From positions 70,555 to 134,554 of the forward strand of contig JANVYR010000003.1 in the NCBI GenBank assembly GCA_030059665.1: 64,000 bases of DNA, written 5' to 3'. Source of the stretch: Candidatus Calditenuis fumarioli. GTDB lineage: Archaea; Thermoproteota; Nitrososphaeria_A; Caldarchaeales; Calditenuaceae. Shown in pieces: positions 1 to 8,567 of the stretch (its first letter is position 1; every line of letters begins with the position of its first letter). The translations under genes and the position numbers were made by a program. The notes under the pieces are model-generated. The model made no database searches, was not told the origin of the DNA, and worked only from the letters and a program-made list of their open reading frames with translations.

Positions 1-777
1 AGGAGGCCCTCGTTCCAGGGAAGGACCTTCGTCGCCGTTCCACTTGTGGCGCTCCTGGTCCTCTCGCTTTACTACCTCCCGAGCGGCGCGGGCAACACGC
101 TTCAGCTCTCCGGCATCGACGCGGCGAACGTCCCACCGACGGTCCTCACCAGCAGCGTCCCCACCAGGCAGCCGCTCCTCGACTGGGTTAGGGCAGCCGA
201 GTGGATGAAGTACAACCTCCCGCCGACGGCGGTCGTCGCCTCCTGGTGGGACTACGGCAACTGGATATCAAGGCTCGGAGAGCGCAAGAGCATCGTCGAC
301 AACACTACCATCGACAGCAAGCGGATAGCGCTGATCGGATACGCATTCATGTCGCCGCCTAACGTCAGCAAGGCCATCTTCCGGGAGCTCGGAGCAACGC
401 ACGTCCTGATCTTCATCACGTTCGCGCCATTCGTTGGGGGAACGCAGGGAGGGCAGCTGCTCTACTTCGGCGACGAGTCGAAGTGGTACTGGATGCTGAA
501 GATAGCCAACCAGGAGGCGAAGAACCTGGGCCTCCAGCCGATCGACGAGAACAGCCTCCTCGGCCCCGGCGGCTCTCCGGTCAACGCGCAGGACAAGTTC
601 TGGCAGCAGACCACGCTCGGGCTGATGATACCCTACAGGCCCGTCAGGACAGGGACCCAGACCTACTTCGTCTACGATCCCCAGGACATCCCAGGGTTCA
701 GACTCGTCTACTCATCGAGCCCGCCGTACAGCACGAACACCTACGCCTACGTCTACATCTACGAGATAACGGATTGA
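1..777 (+). CDS. aglB: Oligosaccharyltransferase AglB/STT3, C-terminal part (5' truncated by window)
   Basis: SWWDYG motif, DNTT, and a DxxKxxxM (DESKWYWM) DK motif; frame open from base 1. Confidence 0.9.
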   Translation, partial: RRPSFQGRTFVAVPLVALLVLSLYYLPSGAGNTLQLSGIDAANVPPTVLTSSVPTRQPLLDWVRAAEWMKYNLPPTAVVASWWDYGNWISRLGERKSIVDNTTIDSKRIALIGYAFMSPPNVSKAIFRELGATHVLIFITFAPFVGGTQGGQLLYFGDESKWYWMLKIANQEAKNLGLQPIDENSLLGPGGSPVNAQDKFWQQTTLGLMIPYRPVRTGTQTYFVYDPQDIPGFRLVYSSSPPYSTNTYAYVYIYEITD

Positions 778-786
778 GATCGGCTC

Positions 787-1536
787 TCAGCCGATGTAGG
801 TCGGACCTCCCTCGCGCCTCTCGGTCTCTCCGGTCTCGGTGAAGGCCTCCTCCATCTGTTTGAGGAAGGCCTGCTGCCTGGCGATCTCCTCGTCGAGCTT
901 GCTCGTATCGATCTGGATCTGGAGCAGCGAGGACATCACCTGGAGGAGCCTCTTCGCCGACCTGAAGTCGGGGAGGATCCCCTCGGTGTCCGCCAGCAAC
1001 AGCAGCGTCTTGATCCCTTTGGTCATGGCCCTCCGCATCAGGGACGATGTCAGCCGGTCGACAGGCAGCGCCTCCACCGACGAAAGGACCTTAGCTCCGC
1101 TCTCGATCGCCCTCCTCAAAACCGCTGGGTCGTTGGAGGCCGCGTAGACGTCGCCGGTTCCGGTGAGCCTGCCGCTCGTGACGACCATCAGCAGCTCGAC
1201 GTCATCTAATCCGATCCGCTCGATCACGCTGCGCGCAACAGACTCTCCCGCCTCGGTCGACTCGACGATGAAGTTCCTGGTGAGGACGATCGCGTTGAGT
1301 CCGTCGGAGAGCTGGTGGAGCTCGACCACCGGGAGGCTCGAGACGCCCTCGGAGTCTATCAGGGAGACCTGGGGGAAGTGGGGCGAGAAGACCCTCAGCA
1401 CCTTCTCCCCTTTCCGGGACTCGAGCAGCACCGTAGCCGATACCAGCCCAACCGCTCCCGGCGAAGGGCCCACGTCGATCAGGACCTTCCTGCCCCGCGC
1501 GATCGATCCGTGCTCCTCGATCAGCTCGAAGACCAA
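787..1536 (-). CDS. PAC2-family proteasome assembly chaperone-like protein
   Basis: About 250 aa; GxxGxVG N-terminal motif, PDFRSAKRLL and the 'IDTSKLDEE' C-terminal helix typical of archaeal PAC2 proteins. Confidence 0.7.
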   Translation of the reverse strand: MVFELIEEHGSIARGRKVLIDVGPSPGAVGLVSATVLLESRKGEKVLRVFSPHFPQVSLIDSEGVSSLPVVELHQLSDGLNAIVLTRNFIVESTEAGESVARSVIERIGLDDVELLMVVTSGRLTGTGDVYAASNDPAVLRRAIESGAKVLSSVEALPVDRLTSSLMRRAMTKGIKTLLLLADTEGILPDFRSAKRLLQVMSSLLQIQIDTSKLDEEIARQQAFLKQMEEAFTETGETERREGGPTYIG

Positions 1537-1712
1537 ACGCCCTCACCGGTTTTCATCTCCGCAGGATAATAAGATTCCATGGTCCACCTGGGGACGGCAC
1601 GGGAAGAGGGAGCTGTGGTTCGGCGAGCCGCTGTCGACCGTTGGAGGGCTTTGCGAGCGAGAGGTGATTTTGCGAAAACACGAGGGGTTTGTGGCGCTGT
1701 GCCTCTTCCCGG

Positions 1713-2138
1713 CTACGGCGGGTATATCTTGATCGCGAGGACGGGGCAAGCGGACTCGCAGGCCATGCAGAAGATGCAGTCCGACTCCCTCACCGGGTCC
1801 GACTTGTCGGTCCTGTACTTCTCCCAGAGCTCCTTGTCCTTCTCCGGGTCGATCACCCTGTCCTTGCCGCTCCCGGACTGGCCGGGGTTCAGGGCCCACT
1901 CGAAGACGTTGACGGGGCAGACGTCCATGCAGGCGCCGTCGGCGACGCAGGAGTCCCAGTCAACCGCAACGACTGAGCCGTGGACCCCCAGCTTGGTCGG
2001 ATACGGCTTCCCTTCCGCGTCGAGCCTCTGGACGCCCTCGCCCCAGACGTCGTGGTTGTGGTGCGTCCCGGTCTTCGGGAGCTTGCTCTTGTAGTCCGGG
2101 TCTATTGGGGCCGACTTGAAGTCGACGGGCCTGACCAT
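1713..2138 (-). CDS. zfx: Zinc-containing dicluster (3Fe-4S/4Fe-4S) ferredoxin, Thermoplasma type
   Basis: CVADGAC..CP (Asp in place of the second Cys) and CIFCMACESACP; His-rich N-terminal extension (THHNH...GVHG). Confidence 0.85.
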   Translation of the reverse strand: MVRPVDFKSAPIDPDYKSKLPKTGTHHNHDVWGEGVQRLDAEGKPYPTKLGVHGSVVAVDWDSCVADGACMDVCPVNVFEWALNPGQSGSGKDRVIDPEKDKELWEKYRTDKSDPVRESDCIFCMACESACPVLAIKIYPP

Positions 2139-2237
2139 CGCGTCTCTTTCCGAGATAACCTGAGATATAAATGAGAATCGTCGACCTGAGTTCGTTTCGA
2201 CGCGCGGAATTACCGGACCGGCATCCGCTGAGGCGCG

Positions 2238-2609
2238 CTAAGTTGGACGCCTGGCTCCCGAGGGAGCTGACGGGTCGGTCGGCTCGAGCTCCCTGAAGAA
2301 GCAGGTCCTGTTGCCGGTGTGGCACGCGGGCCCCTTCGGCCTGACGAGGTAGAGCAGGGCGTCGCCGTCGCAGTCGACCAGGACCTTCACGACCTCCATC
2401 TCGTTCCCGGACTCCTCTCCCTTCCTCCAGAGCTTCCGCCTCGACCTGCTCCAGAAGTAGGCCTTTCGCTCCGCGAGCGTCCTGCGCACCGCCTCTTCGT
2501 TCGCGAAGGCCACCATCAGCACCTCACCCGAATCGTGGTCCTGGACCACCACCGTCACAAGGCCGTTCAGCTTGGAGAAGTCGAGCGAGTCCAGTCCGGC
2601 CGAGCTCAC
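2238..2609 (-). CDS. hisI: Phosphoribosyl-AMP cyclohydrolase
   Basis: YFWSRSR..LWRKGEESGN, DCDGD and GPACHTGNRTCF motifs. Confidence 0.95.
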   Translation of the reverse strand: MSSAGLDSLDFSKLNGLVTVVVQDHDSGEVLMVAFANEEAVRRTLAERKAYFWSRSRRKLWRKGEESGNEMEVVKVLVDCDGDALLYLVRPKGPACHTGNRTCFFRELEPTDPSAPSGARRPT

Positions 2610-3373
2610 AGCCTCACCTCCAGCCCCCTCGAGGCCAGGTACTCCTTGACCTGTCTGACGGAGAAGCGGCCGAAGTGGAAGACCGAGGCCGCGAGGACCG
2701 CGTCAGCCCCGCCGTCAACGATCGCCCTGTAGAAGTCCTCGAGGGAACCAGCTCCACCGCTGGCGATCACGGGGATGCCGACGGAGTCCGAGATCCTCCT
2801 GAGGAGCTCGACGTCGTACCCCGCCTGTCGACCGTCCATGTCTATCGAGGTGACCAGCAGCTCGCCGGCGCCCAGCTCCTCGGCCCGCCTCGCCCACTCC
2901 TCCGCGGTGTACCTCGTCGGCCTCGTCCCCGAGTGGGTGTAGACCCTGTACGCGACGCCCTCGCCCTGAGCCTCCCTCTTGGCGTCTATGGCGACGACCA
3001 CGCACTGGTCTCCGTACCTCCTCGCGATGGACCTCACGAGGTCAGGCCTCTCGACAGCCATCGTGTTCACCGAGACCTTATCGGCGCCGTTCCTGAGGAG
3101 GGCCTCCGCGTCCTCGAGGGTCCTGATCCCACCACCCACCGTGAAGGGGATGTCCAGCTCCGACGCGACTCGCCTGACCACCTCCACCATGGTCCTCCTG
3201 CCCTCGAGCGTCGCGGATATGTCGAGGAAGACCAGCTCGTCAGCTCCTTCCTCGGCATACCTCCTGCCCAGCTCCACCGGGTCACCCGCGTCCCTCAGGT
3301 CCCTGAAGGAGATGCCCTTCACGACCCTGCCGTTCTCGACGTCCAGGCACGGTATCACCCTCTTCGCCACCAT
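2606..3373 (-). CDS. hisF: Imidazole glycerol phosphate synthase cyclase subunit
   Basis: RVIPCLDV, GADELVFLDI, VGGGIRT, ASGGAG motifs; start moved to MVAKRV (ATG 3373). Confidence 0.95.
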   Translation of the reverse strand: MVAKRVIPCLDVENGRVVKGISFRDLRDAGDPVELGRRYAEEGADELVFLDISATLEGRRTMVEVVRRVASELDIPFTVGGGIRTLEDAEALLRNGADKVSVNTMAVERPDLVRSIARRYGDQCVVVAIDAKREAQGEGVAYRVYTHSGTRPTRYTAEEWARRAEELGAGELLVTSIDMDGRQAGYDVELLRRISDSVGIPVIASGGAGSLEDFYRAIVDGGADAVLAASVFHFGRFSVRQVKEYLASRGLEVRL

Positions 3374-3468
3374 CCGGCAGACCGATGAGGGGCGTGCATA
3401 TCTCCCTTCCATTGCCGCGCGATGAAACGAGGGTTATTGACCCGGTACTGCGTACGTGCCACGGGCTG

Positions 3469-4425
3469 ATGGAGAGGGGCCTGGTGGAGCTCGAGGCGAC
3501 GGTCGAGAGGCTGAGGGAGGAGATAGACCGGCACATCCGCCGGAGGCTAAGCGAGAGGCCCGACAGCAGGATCGTCAGCTCGATCCTCGAGGGAGGCAAG
3601 AGGCTCAGGCCGGTCTTCCTGATGCTGGTCTTCGAGGCGCTGGGCGGCAAGGAGAGGGAGACGGCGCTGGACGTGGCATACGCGCTGGAGCTGGCCCACA
3701 ACGCCTCCCTCGTCCACGACGACGTGATAGACATGGACCTTTTCAGGAGGGGGAGGCCGGCACTGTGGCGCAGGATCGGGATAGGCAGGGCGGTCATCGA
3801 GGGCCACAGGATCATCAACGCCGCCTTCTCAACGGCCCTGGAGAAGGGCGTGGAGATAGCCCGGATCTTCCTGGAGGCCTGGGACAAGGCATCGATGGGC
3901 GTCCTGGACGAGATCGTCTCCACCAGGCCGCCTTCCGAGATGTTCTATCTCCGGCTGATAGAGAACAAGACCGGCAGTTTGTTCGCCGCAGCGGCTGAGT
4001 CGGCCGCGGTGTGCGCGGACGCGCCACCGGAGCTGAGGGCCGCATTGAAGCGCTACGGCCTACTGGTTGGGACCATCTACCAGCTCGCCGACGACGTCGT
4101 CGACCTCGTCCACAGGAGGTCCGTACCTGTGAGCCTGAGCCTCCTCATGAGGCAGCTCGAGGACGCCTTCGCCAAGGCGGTGATCGCGCTCAGAACCGGC
4201 TCCCTCCGGGAGGCTCTCAGGTTCCTGAGGGTTCCGAGGAACGACCTCAACTTCTTCACCTCGCTGATGGAGAGGAAGCTGAGGGAGCTGGACGCGTTGG
4301 TCGAGGAGCTGCCGATCGCACCCGAAGGGAAGGAGAAGCTGAGGCTCTTCCCGAGGTACTGCGTCAGGGAGATGTTGAGGGAGGGCAGGGTGAGGGCCGA
4401 TGAGGTGCAGCTCCTGCGGCTGTGA
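3469..4425 (+). CDS. Trans-polyprenyl diphosphate synthase, probably medium/long-chain (hexaprenyl-like)
   Basis: GGKRLRP, FARM HDDVID, KTGSLF, SARM DDVVD; small residues (A,S) at -5/-4 before the FARM; start uncertain. Confidence 0.8.
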   Translation: MERGLVELEATVERLREEIDRHIRRRLSERPDSRIVSSILEGGKRLRPVFLMLVFEALGGKERETALDVAYALELAHNASLVHDDVIDMDLFRRGRPALWRRIGIGRAVIEGHRIINAAFSTALEKGVEIARIFLEAWDKASMGVLDEIVSTRPPSEMFYLRLIENKTGSLFAAAAESAAVCADAPPELRAALKRYGLLVGTIYQLADDVVDLVHRRSVPVSLSLLMRQLEDAFAKAVIALRTGSLREALRFLRVPRNDLNFFTSLMERKLRELDALVEELPIAPEGKEKLRLFPRYCVREMLREGRVRADEVQLLRL

Positions 4426-4535
4426 GGTCCGGCGCCCGAACGTGCTAGGCGGGAAGATCTTATGTGACGATTGCTACGCTCGCCTCTCGGCGAAGGAGGA
4501 CGGTCCGGTCTGCGCCCACTGAAAAGGGGTTCCGC

Positions 4536-6116
4536 ATGACGACGGTCATCGACCTGCTGGCCGCGCTCGGCGCCTCCTGGGCCAGGATAGGCGCTGCGCT
4601 GCTCCTCTCGATGGCCGCAGCGATCCTGATAGGCACCTCTGCGGCCGTCAACAGGAGGCTCGAGGCGGTGATAATACCTGCGCTGGACGTGCTCCAGAGC
4701 GTTCCGATCCTCGGATTCTTCCCGCTCGCGATAGCGCTGCTCGTCACGGTCTCCCCGGTCATAGGGCCGGAGCTCGCGGCGCTCTTCCTGATCTTCACCT
4801 GCACCTTCTGGAACTTCGCCTTCTCGGTCTACGAGGCGGTCCGGAACGTGCCCGTCGAGATCCGGGAGGCGCTCAGGCTCTGGGGCGTGCCGCTTCTCGA
4901 CAGGTTCAGACACGTCTACCTCCCCGTCGCGATACCGAGGCTCGCCTCCAACCTGCAGCCCTCCACCGCCAACGCCTGGTTCTTCCTTACGGCCAGCGAG
5001 GTGATGTCTATCGGCGAGAAGGAGTACCGCGTCTTCGGGGTCGGCTCCCTCACCGCTGACCTGATCGGTAAAGGGGACTGGTCGTTGACGTTGCTCGTGC
5101 TGGCCATGACGCTGACCTCGATAGGTATCGTCCAGTACGCGGTTTACGTCCCACTGGCTGACTGGGCCAGCCGCTTCGTGACCGAGCCGGGGGCTGCTAC
5201 GAGGCCGAGGATCTTCGTCGGTCTCACCGCGATAGGGAGGGGTTTCAGGACCTTCGGGCAAGGGATCGCCACGATCTCGAGGGTCAGGCAACTGAGGGTT
5301 CCGCTGCAGGTCCACTTCGTGCCCCAGCTGGAGAGGTACAGGACCGCCTTCCTCTCCCTCACGGCGCTCCTGGTGATAGGCACTGCCTTCAGCACGTTGC
5401 TGATCCGCTACTCGGGCGACCTGATAGGGCAGGCGCTCCTTCTGGCAAGGCGCTTCTCCACCGCAGACTGGTATCTGATCGGAACGTCCCTAGGCCTCTC
5501 CACCGTCAGGGTGGCCGCGGTGCTCCTCATCTCCCTGCTCTGGTCCGTGCCGCTCGCGTACCTCCTATCGGTCGACCAGTCGAAGAGGAGGAGGGCACTG
5601 CCGGTGCTCCAGGTCCTCGTGTCGGTCCCAGCTCCCCTGCTGTATCCCGTCATAGCGCCGGCCTTCGCATCGCTCGGAGCTTTCGGGACGGAGATCGGGG
5701 CTGTGGTTATGATGCTGATGGGCTCGCAGTACTACGTGTTCTACGGGACGCTACAGGGCTTCATGGGCGTCGACCCCTCTTACCGGGAGCTGGTCAGGCT
5801 CAGCGGCCTCGGCCTCTGGAAGTCGATGCGCCTCGTGTACCTGCCCTTGGCGATGCCATCGATCGTGACCGGATTGATCACCGCAGCCGGTGGGGCCTGG
5901 AACGCGACCGTGGTGGCCGAGAGGTTGAAGCTCGGGGACGCCGTCTATGAGACTGAGCTTCCCGGACTCGGCAAGGCGATCTCGGAGGCGGCCTCGGCCG
6001 GTGACGTCCACGGGCTCCTGATGCTGGTGATCGTGATGACCGGTTTCATCGTCCTCCTGAACAGGACCCTCTGGGCCCAGGCCTACTCGAGGAGCATAGA
6101 GGCCGTCTCAGGTTGA
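4536..6116 (+). CDS. ABC transporter permease, NitT/TauT type, two fused TM domains
   Basis: DVLQSVPILGFFP and two EAA-like loops (EALRLWG..., ELVRLSGL...), 'AGGAWNATVVAE'. Confidence 0.85.
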   Translation: MTTVIDLLAALGASWARIGAALLLSMAAAILIGTSAAVNRRLEAVIIPALDVLQSVPILGFFPLAIALLVTVSPVIGPELAALFLIFTCTFWNFAFSVYEAVRNVPVEIREALRLWGVPLLDRFRHVYLPVAIPRLASNLQPSTANAWFFLTASEVMSIGEKEYRVFGVGSLTADLIGKGDWSLTLLVLAMTLTSIGIVQYAVYVPLADWASRFVTEPGAATRPRIFVGLTAIGRGFRTFGQGIATISRVRQLRVPLQVHFVPQLERYRTAFLSLTALLVIGTAFSTLLIRYSGDLIGQALLLARRFSTADWYLIGTSLGLSTVRVAAVLLISLLWSVPLAYLLSVDQSKRRRALPVLQVLVSVPAPLLYPVIAPAFASLGAFGTEIGAVVMMLMGSQYYVFYGTLQGFMGVDPSYRELVRLSGLGLWKSMRLVYLPLAMPSIVTGLITAAGGAWNATVVAERLKLGDAVYETELPGLGKAISEAASAGDVHGLLMLVIVMTGFIVLLNRTLWAQAYSRSIEAVSG

Positions 6117-6749
6117 CTCGACGACGAACCTCCCCCACATTCCGAGACTGACGTGCCCGGGAACGTTGCAGACGTAGTAGTAGGTCCCCTCCTTATCGGC
6201 GACGAAGTATACGGTCACCGAGGAGCCAGGCGGAATCGGGTTCCTCGGCGTTCCGGCCGCTGCACCTCTGAAGACAGGCTCCGCGTTGGGGTCCTCCCTC
6301 AGCTCCCGCACAACCGTCAGGACGTGAACCGCTTGGCCGACGTTCACCACCGTCAGCTTGACCAGGGATCCGACCTTCACCCTCAGCTCAGGACCAGGTG
6401 AGAGTATCGAGTCGGGCCGCAGGCCGAAGCCGAAGTCGCCGGCGTAGACCGTCAGCTCGACGTCCGGGCTCCTCGAGGGCGGTGTCGGTTGCTGTGGCTG
6501 CTGGGGCACCGCACCACCTCCACTCATCCACTGCATGCACGGGCACCAGCCCATCATGTACCCCATCATCCCTCCCATCATTGATCCCATCATGTTCCAC
6601 CTTCCCATCGTTCCTGCGGGAGGGACAGGAGAGGTGTCACGGGACCACCACATAGGTCCCCACCAGAACGCGTAAGCACCGATCACCAGCACCGCCGCTG
6701 CCAGCACCGACACCGCGACCACCAGCACGAGGACGGTCCTGTCGTCCAA
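6108..6749 (-). CDS. Membrane-anchored blue copper protein (cupredoxin; rusticyanin/sulfocyanin-like) with Met-rich linker
   Basis: N-terminal TM helix, MMGSMMGGMMGYMMGWCPCM segment, type-1 Cu ligands H(VLTV)...C-NVPG-H-VSLG-M. Confidence 0.85.
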   Translation of the reverse strand: MDDRTVLVLVVAVSVLAAAVLVIGAYAFWWGPMWWSRDTSPVPPAGTMGRWNMMGSMMGGMMGYMMGWCPCMQWMSGGGAVPQQPQQPTPPSRSPDVELTVYAGDFGFGLRPDSILSPGPELRVKVGSLVKLTVVNVGQAVHVLTVVRELREDPNAEPVFRGAAAGTPRNPIPPGSSVTVYFVADKEGTYYYVCNVPGHVSLGMWGRFVVEST

Positions 6750-6797
6750 CCTGGCTCACCTCACCGTTTAGTGGTCGGACCTGATAGAAATGGGGTG

Positions 6798-6829
6798 CGC
6801 GAAACGGTGTGAAACGTCGATCGTTTCGG
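6798..6829 (+). promoter_or_regulatory. Candidate operator: CGCGAAACG-N4-GAAACG plus inverted CGTTTC half-site
   Basis: GAAACG at 6801 and 6811 (10-bp period) and CGTTTC at 6822, in the cupredoxin/thioredoxin divergent intergenic region; the same motif recurs at 7676-7694. Confidence 0.5.
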
Positions 6830-6879
6830 ACGTTGCTTTCACCTGGAAGGCGTAAATCCACGCAGTCGCAGCTCATTCT

Positions 6880-7159
6880 GTGGTCCACCGGCTCGAGCTC
6901 TTCGTCGGAGGATGTCCCATCTGCGAGGAGGTGCTCAAGGAGGTTACGGTGGGGAAGTGCGCCGGCTGCGCGCTCGAGGTGTATGACCTCACGAGGCAGT
7001 ACGCTGAGGTTGCAGGCAAGTTGAGGGAGTACCGGATCAGGTGCGTACCGACGCTGGTCATCGACGGCCGCATCAGGATCGAAGGGAAAACCGCAGTTCG
7101 CGCTCATCTGCGACGACGAAATGTACCGGTTCCTCGAGGAGAACTACCGCATGCGCTGA
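6880..7159 (+). pseudogene. Thioredoxin/glutaredoxin-like protein with an apparent +1 frameshift (pseudogene or sequencing error)
   Basis: CPIC motif, CAGC, VPTLVIDG.I.IEGK; skipping one A in the AAAA run 7087-7090 gives the continuation PQFALICDDEMYRFLEENYRMR-stop (7159). Confidence 0.6.
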
Positions 7160-7168
7160 TCTGACAAG

Positions 7169-7621
7169 TCACTGTCCCGATGCTCTCTGCCTCAGCCTGA
7201 CGATTTTCGTGCGGCCGTAGGGCTGGGTGGTCACGACGCCCCTCCTCTCCAGCTCCCTCACGAGCCTGTGGGCCCTGACCCTCGATATCCCGAGCTCCCT
7301 CGCCAGGTCCCGCTGCGTCACCTCTCCCCTCTCCGAGAGGAGCGCCACTACCTTCCTCTCCTCGTCGAGGAGGGCCGACGGCACCTCTCCCCTCCCGCGC
7401 GTCCCAGGGGCGTTCACCAGCACAGCCAGTGTCACCGCGACCCCGACGAGGCCCACGACGACGAGGAAGCCGAACGCTGGTCCGAACGGCATCATCGCTG
7501 CGCACATCGGGCACATCCTAGCCATCTCGGGTGAGGCGTGAAACGAGATCATCACCGCGAACGGCAGCACCAGCACGACCAGAGAGGCGGTCAGCGCCGC
7601 GATAAGGAAGGCCTTCTCCAC
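7169..7621 (-). CDS. Membrane-tethered winged-HTH (MarR-like) transcription regulator with CxxC/Met loop
   Basis: Two TM helices flanking HASPEMARMCPMCAAMM; C-terminal VTQRDLARELGISRVRAHRLVRELERRG..GRTKIV. Confidence 0.75.
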   Translation of the reverse strand: MEKAFLIAALTASLVVLVLPFAVMISFHASPEMARMCPMCAAMMPFGPAFGFLVVVGLVGVAVTLAVLVNAPGTRGRGEVPSALLDEERKVVALLSERGEVTQRDLARELGISRVRAHRLVRELERRGVVTTQPYGRTKIVRLRQRASGQ

Positions 7622-7675
7622 ACCCCTCCGGTGAGGAACCGAGCATATAGGCGTGAAGGCGACGAGGTTGACGAC

Positions 7676-7694
7676 CGTTTCGGAGCGTTTCGCG
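7676..7694 (-). promoter_or_regulatory. Second copy of candidate operator (CGCGAAACG-N4-GAAACG on minus strand)
   Basis: CGTTTC at 7676 and 7686 followed by GCG, in the HTH / zinc-finger divergent intergenic region. Confidence 0.5.
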
Positions 7695-7733
7695 AAGGAT
7701 AATTACGCCGGTGCGGTCCTGGCGGTGCTGCGG

Positions 7734-8324
7734 ATGAGGTACAGGTGCAGGAGCTGCGGAGCCACCTTCGCCTCGAGGGAGGCCCTCAGGGCCCACATCA
7801 GGTCCAAGCACCCGGTTTCCTACTACGCTCCGAGGATCGGGTACGTCTCGGCCTTGGTCCTGGTCGCTCTGGTGGGCGGGTATCTGGTCCTCGCGAGGGA
7901 GCCGCCGGCACAGGCCGTGGGTGCGCCGATATCCGGCATAGAGTGCTGGTCGATGGAGCAGGTCGCGTACCACGTCCACGCCAAACTCGAGGTCTACGTC
8001 AGGGGAGAGAGGAGGACGGTGCCGGCCAACATCGGCATCATCCCGAACAGGTGCATGTACTGGCTCCACACCCATGACGCAACAGGCTGGATCCACGTCG
8101 AAGCTCCTAGGGAGATAAGGCCGACGCTGGGCCAGTTCTTCGACATATGGGGCCAGCCCCTGAGCCGCGAGAGGGTTCTCGACGTCGATCTCGTCTCCTC
8201 CGGTCTCGGGATGCGGGTTTACGTCGACGGCAAACCCTACGATGGCGACCCGAGGGAGATCGAGCTGATCGACATGAGGGAGATCGTTATAGACGTGGGT
8301 CCGCCCTTCGCGATCTCCGGTTAA
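7734..8324 (+). CDS. Membrane protein with N-terminal C2H2 zinc finger and His-rich C-terminal domain
   Basis: CRSC...HIRSKH, one TM helix, then HVHAKL...PANIGI...CMYWLHTHDATGWIHVE. Confidence 0.7.
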   Translation: MRYRCRSCGATFASREALRAHIRSKHPVSYYAPRIGYVSALVLVALVGGYLVLAREPPAQAVGAPISGIECWSMEQVAYHVHAKLEVYVRGERRTVPANIGIIPNRCMYWLHTHDATGWIHVEAPREIRPTLGQFFDIWGQPLSRERVLDVDLVSSGLGMRVYVDGKPYDGDPREIELIDMREIVIDVGPPFAISG

Positions 8325-8563
8325 GCTGAGGCCCTCTCGAGGACCCTTTCGATGGCTGAGACCCAGCGGAGGAACGCGTTGACGGCCGCCCTCATCGCCA
8401 CGGTGTCGTCCGCCTCGAAGTCCAGCACCAGCTCGTCTCCGTCGAGCGAGACCTGAACCCTCGACCTCTGGCCGGGGAGAACGCCGGACTCCGGGAGGAG
8501 AGCGCGGTAGATCGCATCAGAACTACCTGATCTGATCCGAACCCTCAGCGCGCAGGGATGCAT
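8321..8563 (-). CDS. pcc1: KEOPS complex subunit Pcc1
   Basis: 80 aa; AIYRALLPE...LDFEADD..AMRAAVNAFLRW; next to rpl37ae as in many archaea. Confidence 0.85.
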   Translation of the reverse strand: MHPCALRVRIRSGSSDAIYRALLPESGVLPGQRSRVQVSLDGDELVLDFEADDTVAMRAAVNAFLRWVSAIERVLERASA

Positions 8564-8567
8564 TCCC

